A model generated the notes under the pieces. That model searched no databases, was not told the DNA's origin, and was given only the letters and a program-made list of their open reading frames with translations. DNA of 64,000 nucleotides from Clostridia bacterium (lineage in GTDB: Bacteria > Bacillota > Clostridia > Oscillospirales > CAG-272): assembly GCA_900767415.1 (NCBI GenBank), contig CAAFYZ010000045.1:5777-69776 (forward strand). The letters run 5' to 3'. Position numbers and translations under genes: made by a program. Shown here piece by piece: positions 28,801 to 35,187 of the stretch (the first letter of the stretch is position 1; the number at the start of each line of letters is the position of its first letter).

Positions 28801-30213
28801 TACTACGGCGCGGTACGCGCATGGTGCGAGAAGATCGTCGAGATGAAGAAGAGCCCCGAGAACGCCCATACGACCTTCGTCTTCATGACGCCTCTGATCT
28901 CCTCCTGGAGCGGGAACGTCGCGACCGACTGGAATCAGGAGAAGCGCAACCTGTATGGCGACACCCTGCGCAACTACTGCGAGGCGATTCTCAAAGTCTG
29001 CGCCGACTATGATATTCCCGTCATCGACCTGAACCTCGAGAGCGGCTTCTACTACAACGGCGCGGACGACAACAACGTCGTCACCCTGATCCCCGACGGC
29101 ATCCATCCGAATGCCGAGGGACAGAGACTGCTCGCCGACGCGGTGGCGGAAGGTCTGATGAACAATGCGCACTACATCGCCGCCGACGGCACCGCCCGCC
29201 ACACCGAGAAGAAAACCGTGGTAAGACCGACCGCGACTGCGGGCGGATACACCGATATTTTCTGCACCGTGTGCCACGCATATCATCGCACGGACGAGAC
29301 GCCGAAAGTCGATAATACGATAGGAAGTGCAAAATCCGTAAACCTTTCTTTACGCGGTGACATCGGATTGAACCTTTATTACGAAATTCCGGACGCTCTT
29401 CTCGCGGCACATCCTGCCGTCGCCGTGGAGTTTATCTTCGCGGACGGGAAGACGGTGTCGGTGCGGGCGAAGGACGCCGTGCGCACCGCGGAAGGACGGT
29501 ACCGCTTCACCCTGCCGCTCACTGCCATGCAGATGAGCGAGGAGGTGGAATACCACCTCGTCTGCGGCGAGGCGAGCGGTCCTTACGGCAGAATGTCGGT
29601 GCGCAAATACTGTGACAGCATCTTTGCCGACGCGACGGCGGAAGAGAAGAACCCCGGCATCACCGCCCTTCTGCGCGCGATGCTGAACTACGGGTCGTAC
29701 GCCCAGCTGTACTTCGGCTACCGCACGGACGATCTTGCCGCGGCGGGACTCTTCCAAGGCGGCGACGATCCGGTCGTCGGCGCGACGGTCTCGGTTACCG
29801 ATGCGCCGCGCGTGAGCGGCTCGCTCCCCGGCGTTACGGTCCTCGGCTACACGCTCGCGCTGGATTCCGAGACGGCTCTGCGTCTCGCGCTCCGCGGCGA
29901 CGACATCGGCTCTTACACCTTCACGGTGACGGCACCCGACGGGACAGAGACGACACTTCTTCCCACCCTGCGGGGCGATGCCGTTACGCTGACCCTTGCG
30001 AATGTATGCGCTTCGGGTCTTTCCGCCCGGTATACGCTTTGCGTGACGGGAGGGGACGGGAAGAGCATGACGGTCTCTCTGAACGCGCTCTGCTATGTCG
30101 GCTCGGTTCTTTCGGGGACGGGCGAGACAGAGGAGCTGACGAATGTCGTGCGCGCGCTGAAACTTTACGGTGACGCGGCGACGGCGTATATCCGCCAAGC
30201 GGAGAACGGATGA
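22870..30213 (+). CDS. secreted multidomain glycoside hydrolase: GH95 (alpha-L-fucosidase/galactosidase-type) + Ig/Fn3-like + four discoidin (F5/8 type C, CBM32-like) modules + SGNH/GDSL esterase + unassigned C-terminal region
   Basis: Signal peptide MKKKGLGKKILAGALAFVMLAGSFATLAPAVSSA. GH95 motifs WERWSLPLGNGYFG, LQGAWNRY..SPWSSGYWHNINVQMNYWP, ATGWGVAHRLNLWAR, PPFQIDGNFGG. Discoidin-like modules end in YELRLSG / YYEFECTG / FYEFEGYG / VYEITCT. SGNH blocks are IGDSITYGY (28501) and DGIHPN (29095). Confidence 0.85.
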   Translation: MKKKGLGKKILAGALAFVMLAGSFATLAPAVSSAAGYRDPISEDDMPLKLRYDSPASHGVGTALENISDCQGSNSPSKITQNVNDDWERWSLPLGNGYFGVNVFGRTDSERLTIADKTLFNQYGSWTNNLGGLNTFSETYIDFGHAESGISDYERTLDLHTALSSVEYTYGSVKYTREYFTSYPDKALVVRLRASEGGKLSFTLRPTIPYEQDKAYDSTFVKDTNNTASKEGTVVSKVTGGVGEIELSGTMGCYGTDFVGLYRVYTADGTVSAGTVTTSHKHSDGSTHEDIDGTIRVEGASDAYIVLTLGTDYELSSEIFTADRANKPTQTTDLAYAREKVNGYLSAITARTEGKTYEAGYEALKAAHLADYQNLFGRVTLNLACSEDDMVKTTDALLAAYKAGEGSTYLEALYFQYGRYLLIASSRKGALPAHLQGAWNRYNYSPWSSGYWHNINVQMNYWPAFSTNLAETFESYVDYNAAYMAQAKKNADALIGQYYPDKNGADGGNGWALHHGAYPYGVNGDRSAGNIGFTTQLFWEYYAYTQDKSALANVVYPVLAEAARYITKVVVKDAEGNYLVEYCDSPEQYKDGAWYYTSGTTYAQTFAYLNNYHTLLAAKEAGIDITDSAVLSEEENKILATVMEQLDHYDPILVGLSGQIKEFREEEYYGDIGEYKHRHISQLVGLYPGDIINSTTPAWLDAAKYSLTERGDEATGWGVAHRLNLWARTKDGNRTYKLLQQLLKNNTATNLWDLHPPFQIDGNFGGTAGISEMLLQSHEGYIEPLAAIPDAWADGSYTGLVARGNFTVGARWADGVLNAVDITSGTGGTCRIKADGITSVRVTTASGKSVSAKVSGGILSFETVAGETYLLSGFSKVTKSNSVTSLDAVYTATGPVTLTFGKVNGAVSYNIYKAVGNASDYTFLANTAENAYTDRRATEEMTSRATYAVTAINADGVESERSLAYIIPTDTEAKINRLTACVTESGELQVTVDATTATAKYKLYSKNQSSDAWTLVTESGYPVLFCTYDAAKTYGVSLINYFDGTETAVTTVVDFNSTGDVGYSPSNLLKGKTFVPTAAALATVHAPAYGYATLTDGSMHPTTGRFSTKTASTSLFDATATLDGAYLLSELRLYDFGPSMTACNYAGRDMKIEVSRLGVWTTVWEGTNAEMLKLRTKDADGTMCLAFDLGVVEADAIRLSSTAPMTDMSISIYELRLSGIYLEGAASLITKDNIFEGKTFTAGAQATKLQIGNYGKLTDGVYAFVENGEEVAKDYSNRLEVAKATPAILDAVMDLGQKTVLNQLRLYDCNTWAAAANEAGTDISVRVCNDGVWSEVKHVTLVGGTGNNIQTTYRKIQGKRDPVKNQWLQFELDGVEAEQIEILITHNNHRIIYYEFECTGATIGNPSVGGERRELFAGKTFTKGKEATAIANGSADYASLTDGVFAKMEDGKEAGGIFNRQVRTENYGAIDAVMDFGTAMIVDELRLYDVYPWSKGASNAGTEIIVRAYRDGAWSEVKRLELTTGSDNYTYVNGELVTSWRGTSGSAADPVKNQWLEINLGGVRAEQIEIVCKGSKVVAFYEFEGYGRPASAEVAGSNTLSGLQEKDLTASVPAHNSGRFPFTNAFDGDLTTRFAVADNLADGYSLEMNLGVARNLYTLRVYDFKGGKVDGVAASRSNDTDIEVYTDGMWIKVVKGATLSPTDAFTSFDLHGVKASKIRIHFNNTQTFDGGTKPSASVYEITCTTGMSSVDKGEMFRAYTSIPAMEEGADGEALAEYTKAMNTFRAMLTDPEADNATIAAYTARMKKYAETADTHAYGAWETVTAGTGHGKSTERRVCKNHPEVSETREVSLVTDNRALATDRLPDGYFAGKTIVTIGDSITYGYQLIDGQHSQIKAYGAWLEDLLGAKVKNLGISGTVITSDTYRTLNNTLTRENVAGADVVTICLGANDWDCSFIKRNDKDYFTLGEYGSTDKTTYYGAVRAWCEKIVEMKKSPENAHTTFVFMTPLISSWSGNVATDWNQEKRNLYGDTLRNYCEAILKVCADYDIPVIDLNLESGFYYNGADDNNVVTLIPDGIHPNAEGQRLLADAVAEGLMNNAHYIAADGTARHTEKKTVVRPTATAGGYTDIFCTVCHAYHRTDETPKVDNTIGSAKSVNLSLRGDIGLNLYYEIPDALLAAHPAVAVEFIFADGKTVSVRAKDAVRTAEGRYRFTLPLTAMQMSEEVEYHLVCGEASGPYGRMSVRKYCDSIFADATAEEKNPGITALLRAMLNYGSYAQLYFGYRTDDLAAAGLFQGGDDPVVGATVSVTDAPRVSGSLPGVTVLGYTLALDSETALRLALRGDDIGSYTFTVTAPDGTETTLLPTLRGDAVTLTLANVCASGLSARYTLCVTGGDGKSMTVSLNALCYVGSVLSGTGETEELTNVVRALKLYGDAATAYIRQAENG
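26058..28100 (+). repeat. four tandem discoidin/CBM32-like coding modules inside the GH95 gene
   Basis: Recurrent GKTF(T/V)..., LTDG, LRLYD, VKNQWL(Q/E), AEQIEI, YEFE blocks. Modules 2 and 3 are also recognisably similar at DNA level. Confidence 0.7.
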
Positions 30214-30251
30214 CTTTTGTGTCGCCGCCTCGGCGGCGGAAGGGAGAAAAT

Positions 30252-30449
30252 ATGAAAAACGATAAAAACGCCACCTTTCTTCGCGAAGAGAAATCTTACA
30301 TCGCGCCGACAGCCGTCGTGCTCCGCCTTTCGGCGACCGACGTTCTGACGGCATCGACGCCGACTCTGAATCCCGGAGGGACGGAGTTGCCCTACCGCCC
30401 GCTGGGAGGACTTCTCGGGGACGACGATTCCGATCTTCTCTCGCGTTAA
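30252..30449 (+). CDS. small hypothetical protein (65 aa) co-transcribed with the GH95 gene
   Basis: GGGAG RBS 7 nt before the ATG. It lies 38 nt after the GH95 stop and is followed directly by a strong terminator. Sequence: MKNDKNATFLREEKSYIAPTAVVLRLSATDVLTASTPTLNPGGTELPYRPLGGLLGDDDSDLLSR. Confidence 0.45.
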   Translation: MKNDKNATFLREEKSYIAPTAVVLRLSATDVLTASTPTLNPGGTELPYRPLGGLLGDDDSDLLSR

Positions 30450-30460
30450 AGGCAAAAGAC

Positions 30461-30496
30461 GCCCCGCACACCGTTCGGTGTGCGGGGCGTTCTTTA
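30461..30496. terminator. bidirectional intrinsic terminator
   Basis: GCCCCGCACAC-cgttcg-GTGTGCGGGGC, with T-rich sequence on both strands (GTTCTTT / GTCTTTTGCC). Confidence 0.75.
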
Positions 30497-30537
30497 TGGC
30501 AGCGACTTTTCTTCGTGCGGGCGATGTCCGCGACGGG

Positions 30538-31956
30538 TCAGCGCATCTTTTCGATCTTCGGTGCGAGGGTCTCGTCCTGTTTGGTCAGGAGAATGGCGAC
30601 AATCAGCGCGATGTTATAGTAGAAGAGGGGATAGACCATGAAGACGAAGACGTCGAGGAGCGATTCCGCAAGGAAGACGAGAATCGCAAGTCCGAGGAAT
30701 CCTTTTTCCGGCGAGGGATGGCGGAAGAAGGGGCGCAGGGTCATGACCCGATAGAAAACATAGACCGCAAGTCCGACGACACCCATCGACGCAAGGAATT
30801 GCAGGGGGGTGTTGTGTACCATCACGGGGAAGGCGGAGATGCCGTAATCGTTCAGCAGTTGCAGTGCCTCGATGAAGAAGCCCGCACCGAAGATCGGGGA
30901 GCGGCGGAACGCCCAGAGCGCGTTGCGCCAGATGACGAATCTGCCGTCGTCCATAAAGCCGAGACTGAAATATTCCGAGAAGAGCTGCGAGATGTTCTCC
31001 CGGAAGACGATCAGTCCGAGGATCGCCGCACCGAGCAGAACGAGACTGCCAAAACGGAACGCCTTCTGATACGGTCCCCAAAGACAGCCGATGCCGAAAC
31101 ATACGACATAGACGGCACAGCCGAAGAGCAGGGCGTTACGCGACATACTGAAGGCGGAGGCAAAGAGAAGTGCCGTCGCTACAAGAAAATGAAAGAGCGG
31201 CGCAGGCCCTTTGATCGCGCGATAGAAGTTGACGGGGATCAGGATCGAAACCACGGCGCCGATCGTCGTGCTGACGCCCCAGCCGATGAACACGTTCCCC
31301 TTGACGATCTGTCCTTCGTCGTTGATGATGTTCCCGTCGAGATAGAGAAGCGTCAACTCCGCGATAAGAAGCAGGGAGACGAGCGTTGTGATATAGCAGA
31401 AATAAGAGAACAACTCCTGCGGGTCTTCTCTTTCCAGTCCGTGATACATCAGGACGAAGAAGACAAGGAACGAGAATACCTGCACGACGCCGAAAAAGAG
31501 GCCCATCGGCGTATACTTGTCCGCACCGACCCCGTTCAGCAAAAAGACGGCGGACAAGCAGAGCAGGGGGAGCAGAAAAGGCGTATTTTTGAACCCGATC
31601 CGCGATAAAAGTCCCGTTTTCCCGATATAAACCGCGAAGCCGACAAGGAGCAGGGCGACAAGACAGAGGACGATCACAAGGCGCGCCCCCGTGAAATAAT
31701 AGTCGGAGAGTACGGGAGAACAGGGAGAGTTTTTGACCGAGACCTGATAGATAAAGGTCAGTGCAAAGGGGATCATCGGGCGCAGAGAGTCCGAGACGAT
31801 CAGTGCAAGGACAAAAAGGAGACACCCGAGAATATTGATATAAAATTCGTAACCGGTCCTGTGTCCGATGAGAACCATCAGACAGACCAGTATGGGATAA
31901 GCATAACCTTCAAAAAAGGCCGGGAGCTTTTCCCGTGCGAAACGCACAAGCCGCAT
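30538..31956 (-). CDS. O-antigen ligase/polymerase-like (Wzy_C family) polytopic membrane protein
   Basis: At least 10 predicted TM helices. A loop followed by FPVMVHNTPLQFLASMGVVGLAVYVFY resembles the H-N-x-x-L...G-x-x-G motif of the O-antigen ligase family. Confidence 0.65.
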   Translation of the reverse strand: MRLVRFAREKLPAFFEGYAYPILVCLMVLIGHRTGYEFYINILGCLLFVLALIVSDSLRPMIPFALTFIYQVSVKNSPCSPVLSDYYFTGARLVIVLCLVALLLVGFAVYIGKTGLLSRIGFKNTPFLLPLLCLSAVFLLNGVGADKYTPMGLFFGVVQVFSFLVFFVLMYHGLEREDPQELFSYFCYITTLVSLLLIAELTLLYLDGNIINDEGQIVKGNVFIGWGVSTTIGAVVSILIPVNFYRAIKGPAPLFHFLVATALLFASAFSMSRNALLFGCAVYVVCFGIGCLWGPYQKAFRFGSLVLLGAAILGLIVFRENISQLFSEYFSLGFMDDGRFVIWRNALWAFRRSPIFGAGFFIEALQLLNDYGISAFPVMVHNTPLQFLASMGVVGLAVYVFYRVMTLRPFFRHPSPEKGFLGLAILVFLAESLLDVFVFMVYPLFYYNIALIVAILLTKQDETLAPKIEKMR

Positions 31957-32006
31957 GACCGATCACTACCTCCGTCGAATTTGCCGTCCGAAAGGGCGTC
32001 GCTTTT

Positions 32007-32035
32007 ATTTTATCACAGAATTTTATCTTTGTCAA
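32007..32035 (-). promoter_or_regulatory. promoter of the 30538-31956 membrane protein gene
   Basis: On the minus strand: TTGACA (32035-32030), 17 bp, TAAAAT (32012-32007). Confidence 0.65.
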
Positions 32036-32085
32036 CCGCTCTTTTCCTATATGCGCGCAAAAGTAAGGAAAAATGCGTCTCTCCA

Positions 32086-32114
32086 TTGACAAACCGTGCG
32101 AAAAATGTTAAAAT
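32086..32114 (+). promoter_or_regulatory. promoter of rnc
   Basis: TTGACA (32086-32091), 17 bp, TAAAAT (32109-32114). Confidence 0.7.
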
Positions 32115-32149
32115 ACACTCGAATCCCGAAGAAAGGGGAGACTATTTTT

Positions 32150-33154
32150 ATGACAGATTTTGAATCCGCAAGACAGAAGATCGAAGAGCGGATCGGCTAT
32201 CGTTTCCGCGATCCTTCGCTCCTGAAACAGGCGTTCACCCGCACGAGTTTCTGCAACGAAGAGAAGATGCGGGGAGAAGACGCCCCGCAGTCGAACGAAG
32301 TGCTGGAATTTTTCGGCGACGGAATCCTTTCGGCGGCGATTATCACCTTCATGATCCGCGACTTTTCGACCCGTTGCGCCTATGGAATCCGCACGGCTCT
32401 TGCCGAAGGGGATTTTTCCAACATCAAGGCGCGCCTCAGCGATAAAAAGAATCTTTCCAAAAGTATGCGGGAGCTCGGACTTCAGCAATATCTGATCCTC
32501 GGTGCCGGAGACGCGAAGACGGGGACGGCGGAAGAGCCGTCGGTCATGGAAGACCTGTTCGAGAGCATTATCGGCGCCGTCTACATCGACAGCGGGTGCG
32601 ATATGTCGGCGGTCCTCCCGATCGTCGCGCGGATGCTGGACGTCGGCGAATATCTGACGAAGAAGGGCGACGCGGTCAAAAGCCCGAAGAACGCCCTGCA
32701 GGAATACTGCGCGGACAAAAAGCACCGTCTGCCGCCCCCGGTCTATACCGTCGTCGCGGAGAGCGGTCCCGAGCATCGGAGAATGTACGAATATCTTTGC
32801 ACCATCGGCGGCAAAGCATACGGGCGCGGGGCGGGGAAGAACCGTACCACCGCCGAGAGTGCCGCGGCGGAGGAGACGCTCCGTCTTCTCACGGAGGAGG
32901 AGCCACCGGCAAAAGCCGCCGTCGGCAGAGCGGGAGAATGTGCGACGGGACGCCTCGCGGGATATGCCGCCGCCCGTCACCTGCCGCCTCCGGTCTATGA
33001 AGATCTCGGAGAGGCGGGCGATGACGCATACGAGCGGTATTATCGCGCGCTCTGCCGTTTCGGCGGGTATCGGGCAGAGGGGGTCGGAAGAAGCAAAAAA
33101 GAGGCAAAATCCGCCGCCGCGCAAAAGGTCCTTGCCCTTCTTTCGGAAAAATAA
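32150..33154 (+). CDS. rnc: ribonuclease III with two tandem C-terminal dsRNA-binding domains
   Basis: RNase III signature NEVLEFFGDGIL and EDLFESIIGAVYID. dsRBD1 is SPKNALQEYC...PPPVYTVV...GAGKNRTTAESAAAEETLRLL. dsRBD2 is LAGYAAARHLPPPVYEDL...GVGRSKKEAKSAAAQKVLALL. Start at ATG 32150 after AAAGGGGAG. Confidence 0.85.
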   Translation: MTDFESARQKIEERIGYRFRDPSLLKQAFTRTSFCNEEKMRGEDAPQSNEVLEFFGDGILSAAIITFMIRDFSTRCAYGIRTALAEGDFSNIKARLSDKKNLSKSMRELGLQQYLILGAGDAKTGTAEEPSVMEDLFESIIGAVYIDSGCDMSAVLPIVARMLDVGEYLTKKGDAVKSPKNALQEYCADKKHRLPPPVYTVVAESGPEHRRMYEYLCTIGGKAYGRGAGKNRTTAESAAAEETLRLLTEEEPPAKAAVGRAGECATGRLAGYAAARHLPPPVYEDLGEAGDDAYERYYRALCRFGGYRAEGVGRSKKEAKSAAAQKVLALLSEK

Positions 33155-33207
33155 ACCCGTATTTGCCGGAAGCAATAACGAAATTGTAAAGAAATATTTG
33201 CAAAAGT

Positions 33208-33240
33208 AAAAAACACGGTGGATCTCCACCGTGTTTTTTC
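33208..33240. terminator. bidirectional intrinsic terminator between rnc and hpf
   Basis: AAAAAA-CACGGTGGA-tc-TCCACCGTG-TTTTTT. Confidence 0.85.
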
Positions 33241-33250
33241 TGTTCGTTCG

Positions 33251-33781
33251 TTAGGTTTCTTCGGGCACCAAGACACCGTAGTTTCCGTCTTTTCTCTTGT
33301 AGACGACCTCGGTCTTGCCGGAGTTCGCATCAAGGAAGACGAAGAAGGTGTGCCCGACAAGGTTCATCTGCAAGATCGCCTCGGGGACGGTCATCGGCTT
33401 TTCGTCGTAGGTCTTGGTACGCACGACGAACTCGGCGTCTTCTTCGATCTCTTCGGTCGGCTCGTCTCCCGTCGGGCGGAAGGCGTCTCTGCGCACCGTC
33501 TTTTCGAGCCGCGTCTTGTTCTTGCGGATCTGCCGCTCGAGACTGTCGACCGAGCGGTCGAGTGCCGTCTCGAAGGTCTCGCTCTCCTCTTCACTGCGGA
33601 AAGTTACGTTCCCGTAACGTATCGTGATCTCGACGATCTTGACCCCCTTGCGCACTCTGCACGTAACCTGCGCTTCGGTTTCGTCGCCGAAGAATCTGTC
33701 GAACTTGTGCAACTTCCGTTCCACGGTATCGCGGAGACTGTCGCGCACATTCATCTGCTTGCCGGATACTGAAATTTTCAT
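33251..33781 (-). CDS. hpf: ribosome hibernation-promoting factor (long form)
   Basis: MKISVSGKQMNVRDSLRDTVERKLHKFDRFF N-terminal S30AE domain plus C-terminal dimerisation domain (PMTVPEAILQMNLVGHTFFVFLD). Start at ATG 33781. Confidence 0.9.
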   Translation of the reverse strand: MKISVSGKQMNVRDSLRDTVERKLHKFDRFFGDETEAQVTCRVRKGVKIVEITIRYGNVTFRSEEESETFETALDRSVDSLERQIRKNKTRLEKTVRRDAFRPTGDEPTEEIEEDAEFVVRTKTYDEKPMTVPEAILQMNLVGHTFFVFLDANSGKTEVVYKRKDGNYGVLVPEET

Positions 33782-33863
33782 GAGATTTACCCCGCCGTAA
33801 TCGGCAGTCCTTTCCCGGAATGTCCGACGAAAAGAAAGACGTTTTCTTTTCCTCGGCATTTAC

Positions 33864-33892
33864 AGTATACCACTTTTTCTGTGAAAAGTAAA
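33864..33892 (-). promoter_or_regulatory. candidate hpf promoter
   Basis: On the minus strand: TTTACT, 17 bp, TGgTATACT (extended -10). Confidence 0.45.
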
Positions 33893-33943
33893 TAGCATTT
33901 TTGTAAAAATATCAGAGAAAATTGTGAAAATTTGTTCTTTCGG

Positions 33944-33992
33944 CAAAAAAATACCGCCGATACGCAGAATACGTATCGGCGGCGGCTTTTTT
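33944..33992. terminator. bidirectional intrinsic terminator (3' of the 34057-35025 gene)
   Basis: AAAAAATA-CCGCCGATACG-cagaata-CGTATCGGCGG-CGGCTTTTTT. Confidence 0.8.
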
Positions 33993-34056
33993 CGCGTGGG
34001 GATTCTTCGCGTCGGGAGGCGGACGAAGAGTCACGCTATGGGACGTTTTTCGCGCC

Positions 34057-35025
34057 TTATGCCCAACCCATGGTAGTCGGCTTCGCCTCGCGGATGATCG
34101 ACGCTTTGAGGAAGTCCACCGCATGGGCAAGACCTTCTTCGGGCGTCATGAGCGAGTCTTCGTGCTCGATCGACATGACCTTGTCATAGCCGACGAGACG
34201 GAGCGCGGAGATCATATCGCGCCAGTAGTCGAGACCGTTGCCGTAACCGATGGTACGGAAGATCCAGGAGCGGTGCGCCTCGTCGCTGTAATGCTTGGTA
34301 TCGAGGACGCCGAACTTCGCGGTGTTGTATTTGTCGATCTTCGTGTCCTTGGCGTGGAAGTGGTAGATCGCTCCCTCGAGCGCGCGGATCGCCGCGACCG
34401 GTTCGATCCCCTGCCAGATCAGGTGAGAGGGGTCGAAGTTCGCGCCGATGACGTCGCCGACGGCGGCACGGAGTTTCAAGAGCGTCTCGGGGTTGTAAAC
34501 GCAGAAGCCGGGGTGCATCTCGAAGGCGATCTTCGTCACACCGTGCGCAAGGGCGAAGGCGGACGCCTCTTTCCAGTACGGGATCAGCACTTTGTTCCAC
34601 TGATAGTCGAGGACGGCGAGATAGTCGTCCGGCCAGGCGCAGGTTGCCCAGTTCGGCGTTTTGTCTTCGGGCGAGCCGCCGGGACAGCCGGAGAAGGTTA
34701 CGACGGTGTCGATACCGATCTTCTCCGCGAGGAGGACGGCGTCGCGGAAGTCGTCGTCATAGGATTTTGCGATCTTTTTGTCGGGGTGGACGGGGTTGCC
34801 GTGAACCGACAGGGCGCAGATTTCGAGATGATGCTTTCTGAAGGTGGCGAGCCAGTTTTCGAGTGCCTTTTCGTCCTTCAGGAGGACGGCGGGGTCGCAG
34901 TGCGCCTTCCCGGGATAACCGCCGCAGCCGATCTCGACCGCTTCGATCCCGAGTTTTTCAAACTTCGCCAGTGCCTCGTCCAGCGGAAGGGATGCGAACA
35001 GATTGGTAAGTACGCTGAGTTTCAT
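34057..35025 (-). CDS. sugar phosphate isomerase/epimerase (xylose isomerase-like TIM barrel)
   Basis: LGIEAVEIGCGGYPG and the FEMHPG, NFDPSHL, SIEHED metal-ligand pattern of the AP endonuclease 2/xylose isomerase-like fold. AAGGAG RBS. Confidence 0.8.
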   Translation of the reverse strand: MKLSVLTNLFASLPLDEALAKFEKLGIEAVEIGCGGYPGKAHCDPAVLLKDEKALENWLATFRKHHLEICALSVHGNPVHPDKKIAKSYDDDFRDAVLLAEKIGIDTVVTFSGCPGGSPEDKTPNWATCAWPDDYLAVLDYQWNKVLIPYWKEASAFALAHGVTKIAFEMHPGFCVYNPETLLKLRAAVGDVIGANFDPSHLIWQGIEPVAAIRALEGAIYHFHAKDTKIDKYNTAKFGVLDTKHYSDEAHRSWIFRTIGYGNGLDYWRDMISALRLVGYDKVMSIEHEDSLMTPEEGLAHAVDFLKASIIREAKPTTMGWA

Positions 35026-35055
35026 ATCGGAGCTCCTTCATGGCTTTTTTCTTTC

Positions 35056-35084
35056 ATTATAGCAGGGTTTCTTCTTCTTTTCAA
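35056..35084 (-). promoter_or_regulatory. promoter of the sugar phosphate isomerase gene
   Basis: On the minus strand: TTGAAA (35084-35079), 17 bp, TATAAT (35061-35056). Confidence 0.65.
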
Positions 35085-35125
35085 GTCTTTGGAAGAAAAA
35101 ATGTCCGGGAGGGCGCGAAAATCAA

Positions 35126-35154
35126 TTGACAGCGGTGAGGGGATATGCTATAAT
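35126..35154 (+). promoter_or_regulatory. promoter of the nudF-SGNH-CvpA-like unit
   Basis: Perfect TTGACA, 17 bp, TATAAT. Confidence 0.75.
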
Positions 35155-35187
35155 AAGTCAGATAAAAATGAAAAATCGGAGGCGGGT

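Noticed and set aside
33860-34056. 72- and 85-aa ORFs in the hpf / sugar-isomerase intergenic region.
   Set aside because: They overlap the bidirectional terminator and the hpf promoter. They have no RBS and low-complexity sequence.
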